DNA of 64,000 nucleotides, from the NCBI GenBank assembly GCA_951406725.2, contig CATOCA020000002.1, positions 806,001 through 870,000 of the forward strand, written 5' to 3'. A program made the translations under genes and the position numbers. Positions 51,439 through 64,000 of this stretch are shown in pieces. Below the pieces are notes generated by a model that searched no databases, had not been told where the DNA came from, and worked only from the letters and a program-made list of their open reading frames with translations. Source of the DNA: Octopus vulgaris (lineage: Eukaryota). Each line of letters starts with the position of its first letter. Position 1 is the first letter of the stretch.

Positions 51439-52957
51439 AATTTGGGTACTACAGAAGTGTGGACCTGAGTTCTGAGAATGCGCATGTCACAAATTTGCGC
51501 GTGCGAGCGTTAGTTGTAAGTAGTCGAATTTAGCACACATGGCAAACGACGAGACGCGCGGATGTGCGCTACTAGTTGATTTTAACACAGAGGTAAACAA
51601 CGAAGCGCACGGACGCGCGCTACTTGTAAATGGAGCGGGGTCATCCATGTAATACAAAAAGAAAATTGCAGATAAATTGAACATAAAAGTGAAAAATAAT
51701 CATTGAATACCGAAAAAAACATTCATCTCCCCTAACCCTAGACGATCAAACTTAAGCGTTTGACCCGGTCATAAAAACAAAAAAAACCCCCTAAACCCTA
51801 ACTCTCAACCTAACCCTAAACCCTAACCCGGATCTTTTCCTTTTAAACGGCAGTTTCAACACAATTTCTAGTTAACTAAACACTTTTAAACTTCGTATAC
51901 TGGTAGAATGTGTTTATAAAACATAATTTTTTCTTGGCTTTATTGAGAAATTTCTATAGTTTGTAAGATATTTCCACTTTAAAATCGAGCATTTCGGCAA
52001 TTTTAACCAATCGCTGACGTCCATTTAGGTAAATAACATTCCGTGCTGTATGAATATGTCCCTCCTTTAAGAAACAGATTGGGTTTATTTACATTTGCGA
52101 AGAAAAAAAAGATACCCTTCCCCAACCCCTAACCCTAACTCTAACTAACCCTAACCCTAAAACAGATTAAAATACAATAGATCGATACTAGAGTTATAAT
52201 TATGGGTGACATTTTCATTTGACACCGCTAGAAAAAAATCCCATTTTCCGTAGCGGTGTCGTATGAAATTGTCACCCATAATTATAACCCTAGTATCGAT
52301 CTATTGCATTTCAATCTGTTTTAGGGTTAGTTAGGGGTGGGGGAAGGGTATCTTTTTTTCTTCGCAAATGTAAATAAACCCAATCTGTTTCTTAAAAAGG
52401 AGACATATTCATACAGCACGGAATGTTTTCACCCCAAATGGAGTTGAGCGATTGGTTAAAATTGCCGAAATGCTCGATTTTAAAGTGGAAATATCTTACA
52501 AACTATAAAAATTTTTCAATAAAGCCAAGAAAAATGATGTTTTATAAACACATTCTACCAGTATACGAAGTTTAAAAGTGTTTAGTTAACTAGAAATTGT
52601 GTTGACATATGCCGTTCAAAAGGAAAAGATACCCTAACCCTAACCCCTAACCCTTAATAAAATATGGGAAAAGCTGGAGATGAATGTTTTGAAAACATTC
52701 TGAACTATCTTTCAGAATGTTTTACTTTTCAATGAAATATCATTTTGTTATTTTTCATGTTTTTATTAAATTTATCTGCAATTTTCTTCTTGTATTAGAT
52801 GGATAACCCACCCTCCATTTACAGCAAGTAGCGCGCGTCTCGTTGTTTACCTGTATGCTAAAATCGATTACTTACGACTAACGCGCTCGCATGCGCAAAT
52901 TTGTGACATGCACACTCCCAGAACTCGGACCCATACTTCTCCAGTAGTGCCAAATTT
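51439..52957. mobile_element. Outer fold-back/MITE element with ~270-bp diverged inverted arms and internal TAACCC repeats
   Basis: 51439-51735 is the reverse complement of ~52655-52957 (e.g. CATGTCACAAATTTGCGC / GCGCAAATTTGTGACATG). Confidence 0.8.
51830..52632. mobile_element. Inner fold-back element: ~400-bp arms, ~20-nt spacer, inserted in a TAACCC tract
   Basis: ATCTTTTCCTTTTAAACGGCA...GACACCGCTA / TAGCGGTGTC...TGCCGTTCAAAAGGAAAAGAT; CCCTAACCC on both flanks. Confidence 0.9.
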
Positions 52958-53910
52958 TAGAACTGAGTTTGCACCCCCTAAGCAAATTTTGTTCCCGGGC
53001 CACTGCCTTTTTGATGTAAATAATTTTTGGTGTTAACATGGTCCGATTTGAATTTTTTCTTCTACGGAAGGAAGAGCAAGTCTTCTATCATACTCTCAAT
53101 TTTGGTCAACTTGCGCCGCAGGGTCTCGGAGGAGATAGTGTTAGTTGAAGGCTACCAAACCTGCCATACACAGACAACTTCAGCTTTATATATAGACTAC
53201 TCGTAACCCGTTGTGTCACCGGAAAAGTCTGAGTTTCCCAGCAACAGAGTTTTGTTTCGTAGGTTTTTTTCTTCTTTTTCCAGATTATTTTGCATGCTTT
53301 CAACGATTGTGACTTAGAAACCACGAGTAAGCAGCTCCTTTCCCCAGAAAAGGAAAGATTTAGCAGCTATTTCTTGCACGCCCTGCTACCACATAATAGG
53401 TATTTCGGGTCCTTTATCGCAAATAGCGGTTACGTGGTAGCGGGGCGTGCTAGAAATAGCAGCCAATTATTTGGAAGTGAGATACGTTGAATGCACTCGG
53501 AAAAAAAAACCTATGCAAAAAAATTTCACACTGAGGTTACGAACAGGTCTTTTACGAAATATTTACGCCAAAAAGAATTTTTGTAATGGTATTCATTGAA
53601 AATAATTTTTGAAAGCCATTGAAATATTGTCTGTTTAAAGAAAACTAAAATATAAATACTTATTGTACAAACAACTTACATTTTTGAAATCACTTTCACT
53701 TAGAAATATTACTAAATGATTAGTCACTGGACCACGTGCGATTGTTTACATAAGATCGTCACTTTCCGTAATTTTTTTATTCTATTATTTCTGTGGGTTG
53801 GGGGGAAGGGTATCATAAAAGCCAGACAGATAGAGCGCGAAGTTCTTTTGAAGTTGGCGTTCCGCTTGTGTGTGTGTATCTCGCACACCCCATCAAACAC
53901 ACACACACAT

Positions 53911-53941
<31 letters not shown>

Positions 53942-54294
53942 CTCTCTCTCTCTCACGCACATCAAATCTTCCAATCAAGATCAAAAGATCCCATTTTCCC
54001 CTCAACCCCATATGTAAAGATATATATGTATACACATTATATATATATTTATATACACACATATATATATAAATTAACCCACTATATATATCTGATTAAT
54101 AATATCTGTTATGATTGTGCGATGGTGGTGGGCGATAATATGTCAACGTTCTAAAAGACGGGAATATTTAAACTGTTGCTACTGTCACGCTTTCGTTCTA
54201 TAGATAGAGGCTGAAGTACAGTGAGAAAGGTGGTGGGAGAAAGAGAAACAGAGAGAAAATGCAGACAGACGTACAGAGAGAGAGAGAGTGTGTA

Positions 54295-57200
54295 TTTCTT
54301 TATTCACCATAAGGTTGAGAAAAAGAGGGGACAAAACAAACGTTGGGGTCAGGGTATCGAATTAGACGAAACATATGAATAAACGATAATGAGTGAATAA
54401 CAAAAAATGAAGCGGAGGACGTGGTTGACCCCACAAACCACATACTCACACTGAAGACTTTGCTTTCTCCTTTTTCACATTCTTGATTAAACAGGTTCTT
54501 TCACTCGCAACATACTTGCTATAGACTTCCATCTTTTACGAAACATACTTTGCGACAGGCATTTCTTCTCCAGCCTTATTTTCCGTTTCATGTGGAAAAC
54601 GAAAAAATCGATTAGCTCGAGACTGGAGATAAACATGCCTGTTGCAATTCCTTTTACTCTCGTCTTCCACACTACTTCTTTCGCCATAGCAACTACCGAG
54701 AGAAAACAGGCTCGCTCCTCCCTATTCAGGGAGGTCGGCGGAACTATCTTCATTACAGATTTGCTCGACAGTTGTACTCTTCTCGAATGCGACAGCAGGT
54801 GTTCGACATAAGCACAGAGTTCAGTCACCTTGGGGCATTGCACAATCGCGTGCAGGACAGTTTCACTGTCCCTCTCACATCTTGCACAAACCGGCGAAGG
54901 TGCACACCCATGTCTAAAGAGCTTATCTCGAACCGGTAAAGCTCCTCTGTAACATTGCCAGGCCAGGGACCGAATGTTCTTTGGAACAGGCTGGCCAGTT
55001 GATTTTCGTCGAAGCCCAGAGTTTCTCCTAGGACGTCGTCACACTTAAACTCTACTATCCCTCTATAGAAGAACGAGGTAGTACCCCCGACACCGGCGTT
55101 GCCCGACTGGGAGAGAAGCACGAGTGCCTGATAGCACTCTGCATGCCACATGCCCAACCTCGGTCTACACTTGATCCATGGGTTCAGTTCGTTAAACGAT
55201 GTGAACTGTGGAAATAACAACTTGACGAACGGAAACCACACCTGCTCACCGTCCAGGTAAATCCAGAGGTGCCTAAGCCTGAACGCATGTCTGCGCATTT
55301 TTAGCCACGGCATCGCTAACCCACCCTTCAGCGGCTTTTGGCAGAAAATAGAGCGCCTTAAAAGAGGTCTGCTGCCCCTCCAAAAAAAGCGAAAGAGCAT
55401 GCGTTCCAGTTTGTTCAGCCACGAATCGGTGCAAGGCACGACGGTCAGGCGGTAAGTGATTACAGAGGCGATAAACACCTCTGCAACCTCCGCCCTCCCT
55501 TTCAGGGACAGCTTCCGCTCAGACCATGTCTGAGTTAGGAGAGCCACCTTTCTCGCCACCTCGCTCCAGTTCTTCTCTATCTGGAGATCTGGACCTAACC
55601 AGATTCCAAGCATTTTCACCGGTCCTTCCGTCCAACGTCCTACGACGCTGTCGGAAGACATCGACTTGCCCCTCCAGGTGCCGAGTTGCAAGCCGACCGA
55701 TTTATCCCGGTTGACTTTCGCTCCTGCCACCGCTTCGTAGTCCCTTAAGGCCTCACCCACCCACTGTAGGTGCTCGACTCAGGAAACGATGACGGTGATG
55801 TCGTCCGCATACGCCGAAGCTGACTTTCCGCACCCTAGATCTTGCGGAGTGCCTCTCATAGTTTCCAACCTCCTCAGCAACGGCTCGAGGGCCAAAACGT
55901 AGAGAAGCGGGGAGAGAGGACACCCTTGACGTACCGAACGTTCAATGCTGAACGGCTCCGAAAGGAAACCATTTACCCGAACTACCGATTTGATGTTGCT
56001 GTATAAAGCGATGATCCATCCGCGGAAGGTCGGGCCGAAGCCAGCCGCCGCGAGGACCGCCGCCAGATACTGATGATCCACCCTATCAAACGCTTTCGAT
56101 TGGTCCAAGTGGACCATAGCCCCACTCTTGCCAGGAATCCTATTTACCCTTTCTAAGGCATAGCGTAGAAAGTGGAGATTGTCGTGGATGGTCCTTCCAG
56201 GGATGGCGCAAGTTTGCGCCTCGCCAACAAGTTCACCCACGACCCGCGCCAACCTTTTTGCTAAAACCTTGGCCAAAATCTTCAACTCTGCGTTAAGCAG
56301 AGTGATGGGCCTAAAATTATCAATTAAATACCCCTTGTTTGGGTCCTTTCTTAACAGCGCTACTACCCCTCGGCTCACAGACTTAGGAATTCTCCCGTTC
56401 TGCTGCCAGTTGGTGTACAGCATGCAAATAGGTGCCCAAACAAGTCTGACATGCTACTATAGAGTTCGTAAGGCAGACAATCGAGTCCCGGCGATTTGTC
56501 CCCGCCGCAGTCTGCCAACATATCCTCGACTTCTTTGGCTGTGATCGGCGCCTCACAAGATTCCGCGTCCGGCCACGATAGACGCGGCGAACCGGCTAGG
56601 AAGTCTGCGAGCTTCTCCCCGCACTCCAGCTCGCCGCTCCTCCCGAATAGCTGGGCGAAATGATCATGAAACACCTTGCACATCTCCTCGGGTTCGTTTA
56701 CTAATCGACCATTTGGGCCCGTCAAGGATGGAATGGTTGAGTTGTTTCCTTCTAGTTATGATTCTATCAATGTAAGATCTGGACGACCCGTCGTTTCTTG
56801 CCCAGGTCCACGCTGGAGTGTCTGGGTGGTCCAGTCTGAATCTATCTGCCAATTCGAAACGACTTAGCATATCATTGAGGTGAAGTAATCCCCTCCTATT
56901 CTTTCTCGAGCCAACATAATCTACGCTTGCATCGCAAATTATGTTGAAGTCACCTAGCAATACTAACGTGTTCGACGTGCCAAGAAAATTCTCTAGGCTT
57001 TTGAAATACTCTTTCTGCCCGGCTTTTCCTTCGCAGGGAGCATAGACAGCGACCAGCCTGAACACTTTACCACTGCTGTGCGTCACATCCAAAACGACCA
57101 ACCTGCCTTCCGGATCTATAAAGACAGTTCTAATCTCTAAATCCAGGTTTTTCCTGACCAGCACTGCCACTCCTCCGCCCCCTCCAGGTCGACAAGGAGA

Positions 57201-58380
57201 AACGTATTTCTCGTAGCCGTTTAGAAGGGGCGTAAAGGCCTGCAGCCCACTCAGTCTGGATTCGGTAATTACCACTACATCCAAACGATGCGACCTAAGG
57301 TCGTTAAGGAGGTAGCCTTGCTTCCAATACGACCCCAGGCCGCGAATATTTATACAACCGAGTTGAAACGAGAATGTGAAAAATTAGTCGAAAGTTTAAA
57401 ACTTACTGTTTTAATGGAAGGGTGTAGTTTCACCCTCCTCTTTTCTGTCTGTGAGTGTTGTGTTTTGCGAGGTCAGTTTTTTTGCGAATTGCCTGTACAG
57501 ATGGCTCGAAAAGTTCATCTGTAACGGGCAGACGTCCTCCGCAAAAGATCTTTTTATTTCAAAATAATCAGCGTTATCTATTGTATAAAATTCGACATTT
57601 TCAGAAATAGTACTATTTATATCTGTTACGATATATTTTTTCGCCGATTTCATTAAAATAATTTTTTCTCTTAATGGGTTATTGTTTTTATTTATCGCCG
57701 TGAGGGTGTTTCTTTTTTTTTTGTTAGGCGATTGTGGAGGGGGTGTTTGTGGGTGTGGGTGTGCTTGTAGAAGCGTGGGTGTTTATAGGTGTGTGTGTGT
57801 GCTTGTGGTAGGTGTGTGTGTGTTTTTTTGGCTACGTGTGTGTTTGCGACTGTATTTGTGGGTGTGGGTATGCTTGTCTGTCTCGGAGTATAGTCCTGTG
57901 TATCCGAAGAGGGTGGATTTTTCCGTTTCCGTCTTCTTTTTGAAGGTTCTATGGTGACCCATTCCTGGATGTTGTTGTTGTTGTTTTCTCCCGTTGTCGG
58001 CTGAACTTCGGCAATTGGGGTGCGCGACGTGGCTGCTATTTCTAGCGGTGTAGTTGTTGTTTTCGGCGTCGTGCTTGCCTCTGCAGTATTTTCTTTGGCT
58101 GTCTTCTTGCAGCTCGACCTTATGTGGCCTTTCTCGCCACATTTATAACACCTAGGCTTTCTTCCCTCGACTATTACCATCATGCTGGTATTATCTCCAA
58201 TGGTGAGGGAGCTGGGTAATTTTTCCAAGTCCGAGTGGTTTGCTTGGATCACAAGCTCTAAGTCTTGTCCATACCAGTTCATGTGGCGATATCTCTTAGA
58301 CTGAAGAATGGCAATTTTTTCCTCTTTGCCTAAGAGAATCGCTGCTGTGACAAAGTCCACATCTATTTCGGGAGGAATGT
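54295..58380 (-). mobile_element. L1/Tx1-clade LINE: partial ORF1 (CCHC knuckle) and frameshifted ORF2 (APE endonuclease, RT, Cys-rich C-terminus)
   Basis: ORF1 CYKCGEKGHIRSSC; EN CINIRGL, VAVYAP, LLGDFN, SYIDRI; RT KSPGLD, FRPITLLN, LDQSKAFDRV, VRQGCPLSP, AYADD; GC-rich and young-looking; AATAAA then microsatellite at the 3' end. Confidence 0.93.
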
Positions 58381-59603
58381 CTGTGACATAGCAACCACAT
58401 CTTTATAACTTGCAAATTTTAATCACCGCAGGTCGGATCATCACCACGCATTTAGTACCCCTGCCAATTTTCAGCTCGATCCTAGCACGTCTAGTGCCAT
58501 TGAATCCTTACCAAAGCCAAAGTGTTAAGTTTTTTTCCCTCTTTTATATAGGTAGACTACCCGTATCGCCCGGCGTTGCTCGGGTTTGTTTCGACCCTTT
58601 AGAATTGGAATTTTAAAAAATTTTAAATTTTACATTGTAAATTTGAATGAAATCGGTTGTGTAGTTCTCAAGTTTTAGGGATTCACACAGACAGATATAG
58701 CAGAAAACACATGCCAAATTACCACTCAGTGGGACTGAACTGAGGACCATGTGTTTTGGAACCAAGTTAGTTACCACACAGCCACACCTGCACTTATGTA
58801 TGTGTGTGGGTGTGTCTGTGTGTGTATGTGTGCATGGGTGTATATATGTATGCAACCAGTGTTGTGGATATGATACTGCTGTGGGCTCGCTCGGGCCCTA
58901 ATGAGGTCATGTGTAAAATTTGAATGAAATTGGTTGTGTAGTTCTCTAGTTTTAGGGATTCGCACAGACAGACACACATTCTCAGTTTTATATATAGAGA
59001 TAAGCCCGGTTTCACCCGGTCTGTTTGAATGATGTGACTGTGATCGCTTTCAGTTAGGCATAATCTGTAACAACATTTCTCAACCTTATCACTTCGGCTC
59101 CCCTGTTTCGATTGGAGCCTCCAGCTGTTTTTTTCCCCTTTTATATAGGTAGATTATTTACTTGTTTGTTCCTTCTTGAACCATGTCTGGCTCATTGGGG
59201 CCAGTTTCCCGGTTTCTTTGGCGTATAGGTTCCCCACCTGGATGGGACACTGGTCCGCTGCAGGTGAGCTGCAAGATGCAGGAGGAAAGAGTGAGAGAAA
59301 GTTGTGACGAAAGTGTCAGCAGAAGTTCGCCATTATCTTCTGCTTGAGCCGCATGGAGCTTAGGTGTTTCACTCTTAAACACACACATCACCCAGTCTAA
59401 GATTCAAACCTGCGATCCCTTGACCGTGAGTCTGCTGCTCTAACCACTAGGCCATGTGCCTCCACAATTATTTACTTGCTTAGTAAATATTGCTTTTATT
59501 ACTTTATCACAGTCATAATCTCTCTTTTTTAAAGAGTCAATCTGTTATATATATTTATATATATCATTAATAATTGGTAGAACTTGCATAGGTGTGCATA
59601 GTT

Positions 59604-59623
59604 AGATAGATAAATAGATAGAC

Positions 59624-59690
<67 letters not shown>

Positions 59691-59709
59691 CAGATAGATA
59701 GATAGATAG
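59604..59709. repeat. (GATA)n microsatellite; the window also has many (TA)n, (CA)n, (GA)n and (TACA)n tracts
   Basis: Direct reading. Confidence 0.95.
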
Positions 59710-59999
59710 CTTAATGGATGGAGGGATACACACACACAAAAGTCTGGTGCTGTGAGAATACATGGGAATGGTGTTTCTTTACTTTTTCAAATATACCCAA
59801 ATTTAAAATGATCTAATATAACGATATCATTCATTTGGCATGTGTTGAAATATGCCAAAACAATTTTATTCCACATAAATATATGTTACTTTACATATAA
59901 TTTGTGTTAATTCTATTTACTGAAACTTGCTAAGAAGCGTATTTTGCTTTAAAGTAGTAATTGTCAGTAATCATACTGTTTCCAATTCTCTCAGACAAT

Positions 60000-60960
60000 A
60001 TTTTTACATTAGCCTTCTTTCAAACTCTAGATAATGCAACATACAGCCGACCATGTGAGAAGAATTCTGTCGGAAGATATATTCCAAGGAAATAGTTTGC
60101 ATATAAATGTGAATGGAAATTCCATTTCTTGAGATATGTATGGTATTCTTGGGATTAGCATAAGGACCAGAAGCAACCTTGGCCTCAATAACATGATCAT
60201 GTAAACTGACAATGATGTTGCATGTGCCATTGCTATGTCCATTAGTAGCATCTAAAATTCTCAGACACATTATGCATCATTTTTTCTTCATTTTGAGAAT
60301 GTATGGTAGAAACTCTGATAAACTTTGTTGATAAACTTGATTGGGTACAGAGTTTCATTATCAGCTGTATCTGAGCTTCTGTATGTTTTTAGCTACCCAG
60401 GGATCCTGGTCAACAGAGAATCATCTACAAATTGTGCTGCTTCATTTGTAGGAGTAACAATGATTCTATTTGCTGGCCACACAGGGTTTGTGAAGTTATT
60501 TTTGAGGTCAGCATATACAAAATCACATAGATCTGAAAGAGTTCCACTTTCAAGACAAAGGTCATTGGGTAGTTTGATTTTGAATCCACCTAGGTTTTGT
60601 TCAACAGAAATGTTGCCATTTCCTACATCAAGAAGGTAATTAGCAAACTCTCTTTCATCAGAATGACCTTCTGTAAGAAGTCTTAGATTGGTTGTCAAAT
60701 CCACTACTTCCACATGATTGCAAAGAAAAGACCTCTTTAGTGTTGCATCAACAATTTGTGATCTGATACCTTTAGTTTGAAGTAGAATATTCTCCTCTGA
60801 AGATACCCTAACCAGTCGGTCATGTGTAGAGGAAACAGAATCATGTCTACAACTCTGTACATATTCAGACATCTGTTTCAGTTGCTTTTCCCTGGTTTCA
60901 CCTGATTCAGCTGCCCACCTTTCGCTCTGCCATTGTGCATTTGCTGCTAAATTTTCTTTT
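60000..60960 (-). mobile_element. Decayed, internally deleted Helitron Rep/helicase fragment
   Basis: ORF 60393-60872 (QIVDATLKRSFL..LTTNLRL..FANYLLDVGNG..RIIVTPTN) and NGHSNGT / SHGRLY remnants. Confidence 0.8.
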
Positions 60961-61624
60961 TCAGTCGCATATAATATATAAATAAAAGCTTGATAAAAAC
61001 TATCTTGTTTAGTGTGCTAGAAATAGCAGCAGTCACATAGTTATTGTTAGGCTTATAGCATTCCAAGTAGCCATACCAACAAAATGACTTCTTCATTTAA
61101 AAAAAAAATTATACTGGTATATTAAAGAATTTTCATTTTATCAAAAATATTTATTTAACAAACTCCAGAAACTGATAATATTCTTGAAATTATGCCTCAT
61201 ATCCAAGTTATACAACTATTTTATGTAATAACATGCATTTATTCAACACAAAATCACTTAAAAATTATACTGGTATCATCATCATCATCATCATCATTTA
61301 GCGTCCGCTTTCCATGCTAGCATGGGTTGGACGGTTCAACTGGGGTCTGGGAAGCCAGAAGGCTGCACCAGGACCAGTCTGATCTGGCAGTGTTTCTACA
61401 GCTGGATGCCCTTCCTAACGCCAACCACTCCGTGAGTGTAGTTATTATTATTATTATTTTTATTATTATTATTATTCATTTTGTTCAACGTGTAGAAGTA
61501 CATATGTGTTCAATATTGTTTTATTCAATTTTAGAAAAACTGAAACATGTCATAGACAATTCTAGAACATATTGAATTTTGTGCATGACTTTTGGCTCCT
61601 CCTGTATGTATGCATATGTATGTA

Positions 61625-61691
<67 letters not shown>

Positions 61692-62166
61692 GTATGTATT
61701 TTGGCCTGCTGACTTAGTCAGTAGGGTGGCCTCATTAGAAAGCTAAGATGATGCAAAGTGCATTGTGACTAGCGATGTATAACAGCATTCAACAGTCTGC
61801 TCAATCACATGATCATGTGATATATATATGTGTATGGGACACAGCCTTTGTGTGTGTGTGTGGTGGGAGGAAGAAGAAGCATCCGTTTAGGTGTATATAT
61901 GCAAGGTTGTTTGGGGAACAAGAATGAAAACGTGTTTGCATGATTAAGTATGCACGTGCATGCATGCGTGTGTGCATGTATTTGTGGGTGTGTGTGTGCA
62001 TGTATTTGTGGGTGTGTGTGTGCATGTATTTGTGGGTGTGTTAGTCCATATTGATTGTCAGTGGGGTGGTTTATGTGAGTGTGTAGGTGTTAATGTGTAT
62101 ATGTAAGGGCATGTGCTTGTTTGTGTATACATGCCTCTACATGAAACTGTGTGCAGAGTCTGTGTG

Positions 62167-62204
<38 letters not shown>

Positions 62205-62227
62205 AGAAGAGGAAGAAGCAATATGTC

Positions 62228-62668
62228 TTAGTTCTTGGTGTCATCTCCATTCTTTTCTTTATTATATTGGCGGTGCCACTCCATGTTGGTCTTTGACACT
62301 CCTTCACCCCGTTTTGCAGCCTGTCTCCCGCTGTACATCACAATGATGCAAAGGACAATGGTGACAGCAACCATGCAGAGGCTGACATAGACACGGCTCA
62401 AGTCTTTGGCTTTGTTGATCACTGATATCGAAATGTATTCGGGGACATCTTCAACAGATTTATATTTCTTATGCCAAACCAAAATGCGTTTATCAAAATT
62501 AGTTGCTCTCTTAAGGTTGGCAGGAGTTCCTTGAAGTTGTGAAGAAGTACGGATCCCAGGAGTGAATTGCAATAATGACTTGAAGCGATTGCCGACGAAA
62601 GAATTAGAGCATCGAAGATAATGTGACAGCCGAAGGAACCGACAACAGAACAGAGATGATGAAGACAT
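62228..62668 (-). CDS. FAM162A: FAM162/UPF0389 (DUF1075) family protein, 146 aa, single coding exon; probable N-terminal mitochondrial presequence and one TM helix
   Basis: FDKRILVWHKKYKSVEDVPEYI..INKAKDLSRVYVSLCMVAVTIVLCIIVMYSGRQAAKRGEGV..NMEWH matches the family signature; intact ATG to stop. Confidence 0.88.
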   Translation of the reverse strand: MSSSSLFCCRFLRLSHYLRCSNSFVGNRFKSLLQFTPGIRTSSQLQGTPANLKRATNFDKRILVWHKKYKSVEDVPEYISISVINKAKDLSRVYVSLCMVAVTIVLCIIVMYSGRQAAKRGEGVSKTNMEWHRQYNKEKNGDDTKN

Positions 62669-63022
62669 ATTTTCTTAATAAATGTTTGGATGTCAATGAC
62701 AGACGGTGTATATTAAAAAATTTTCATTTTATCAAAAATATTCATTTAACAAACTCTGTAAACTGATAATATTCCTGAAATTGTGTCTCGTGTCAAAGTT
62801 ATAAAGCTTTTATTAAATTATCATTAATGAAAATAGAGGCGAGCGAGAATGAGAGACTGTTGGAAATAAAAAAGTAAAATAGTGTTTATTATGAAACATT
62901 AAAATTTACTCCGCAGTGAATGCAATGAATATTTAAATTTATGAAGAATTGGATGCAGTGAATGCAATGAGTATTTAAATTTGTGAGAATTTGGAGTTAA
63001 AAAAATTCAATAAACTTCAGAA

Positions 63023-63335
63023 ATTGAAATTATAGGAAATTTCTTAGAACATGAATTTATAAAAAATATTTCCAGACAGTCAAGTTTTTAATATTACTTT
63101 CTTTTAGTACTTTTAGTAATTGCTACATACCTAATTGATAATCAGCTTTCTCCATTATAGTATCATCATCATCATCAGGTTAAGGTAATGATGATGATAC
63201 TATAATGGAGAAAGCTGATTATCAATTAGGTAAGTAGCAATTACTAAAAGTACTAAAAGAAAGCAATATTAAAAAAAAACTGTCTGGAAATATTTTTATA
63301 AATTCATGTTCTAAGAAATTTCCTATAATTTCAAT
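63023..63335. repeat. AT-rich inverted repeat, ~150-bp arms, ~14-nt spacer, followed by (TA)n
   Basis: ATTGAAATTATAGGAAATTTCTTAGAACATG...TATCATCATCAT / ATGATGATGATA...CATGTTCTAAGAAATTTCCTATAATTTCAAT. Confidence 0.9.
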
Positions 63336-64000
63336 ATATATATATATACTACTGATCCAGAGTAGTAGCACATGTTAGGATTCCAGCTATGGGTTAACTA
63401 ACATGTTGACTAAACCCTGCCTTATCTTTTCTCTTTTGTCAAATCCAGAACAGCATTTGTTCCAGCATCTGGTGGCTACTCCAGTCACACACCCTCTGTG
63501 TCTGTCCAACATTAGGTCGCAAGTCATATGTTTTGTGCTGCTATTAACTATTAACTACAATAGGACAAAGGTGAGTGGGTTGGCTGTAAAGGCACTCCAC
63601 TACATACTGTTGATGCAGCTTGTCCCTGATCACAGCTGTCCTGGATATTTTCCTTGTCACTGAACCAGTCACAGATAAGTCAAGTTGTGCCATGGAAGAT
63701 TGTGTACTCTTTTCATCACTGCAAACAAATCTTTGCACAGACAGTTCACCCTTCTAATGCAGTTGAAACTTTAAAAAACTGTCAATTGCTTCCTGGAATG
63801 TCAGAACTTTATTTGATCTTTCTCAGATCAACTTCATTGAAAAACTTCTTTGGTTGCATCAAAGTTCAAATATAACATAGTGGCTCTTGGACAGGGAGAG
63901 GGATCCATATTCTACAGGAGTGGTGTCCTCAATGGCAATGACAGAAATCATGGTGAGGGGAGGGGATTAAAACACGAATCCATTCTTACCTTGTGCTGTT

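Larger units (their letters stand above)
44685..53005. mobile_element. hAT-like DNA transposon (~8.3 kb including nested insertions) inserted in a Helitron-like repeat
   Basis: Ends CAAGGGCCCGG / CCGGGCCACTG, subterminal TGCACCCCC repeats at both ends, near-perfect 8-bp TSD CCCTTTTG / CCTTTTTG. Confidence 0.7.

Overview
Eukaryotic, AT-rich, microsatellite- and transposon-dense animal DNA. The SINE, RTE, Helitron and mariner repertoire looks like a coleoid cephalopod (octopus-like); this is an inference. Host genes: (i) the last two exons of a + strand gene encoding a Ser-rich, C-terminally membrane-anchored protein reminiscent of LAP2beta/emerin tails; (ii) a complete 3-exon - strand sorting nexin 20/21-like gene (PX + TPR-like, ~412 aa); (iii) an intronless FAM162/UPF0389 ORF. 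The rest is mostly decayed TEs: RTE, L1/Tx1, R4/Dong-like, mariner/maT, Helitron, a hAT-like element with nested insertions, fold-back MITEs and SINEs. The standout is two related ~475-493 bp non-coding tandem-repeat arrays (4.4-5.9 kb and 40.1-42.1 kb). Each sits between (TA)n tracts and has direct copies followed by inverted copies. Each complete unit carries a type I hammerhead ribozyme motif with an unusually long stem II, and several helices covary between the two families, which suggests a retrozyme/Penelope-associated structured (possibly circular) RNA. Three further hammerhead-like motifs from other repeat families also occur. Coordinates were read by eye; TE boundaries are approximate.
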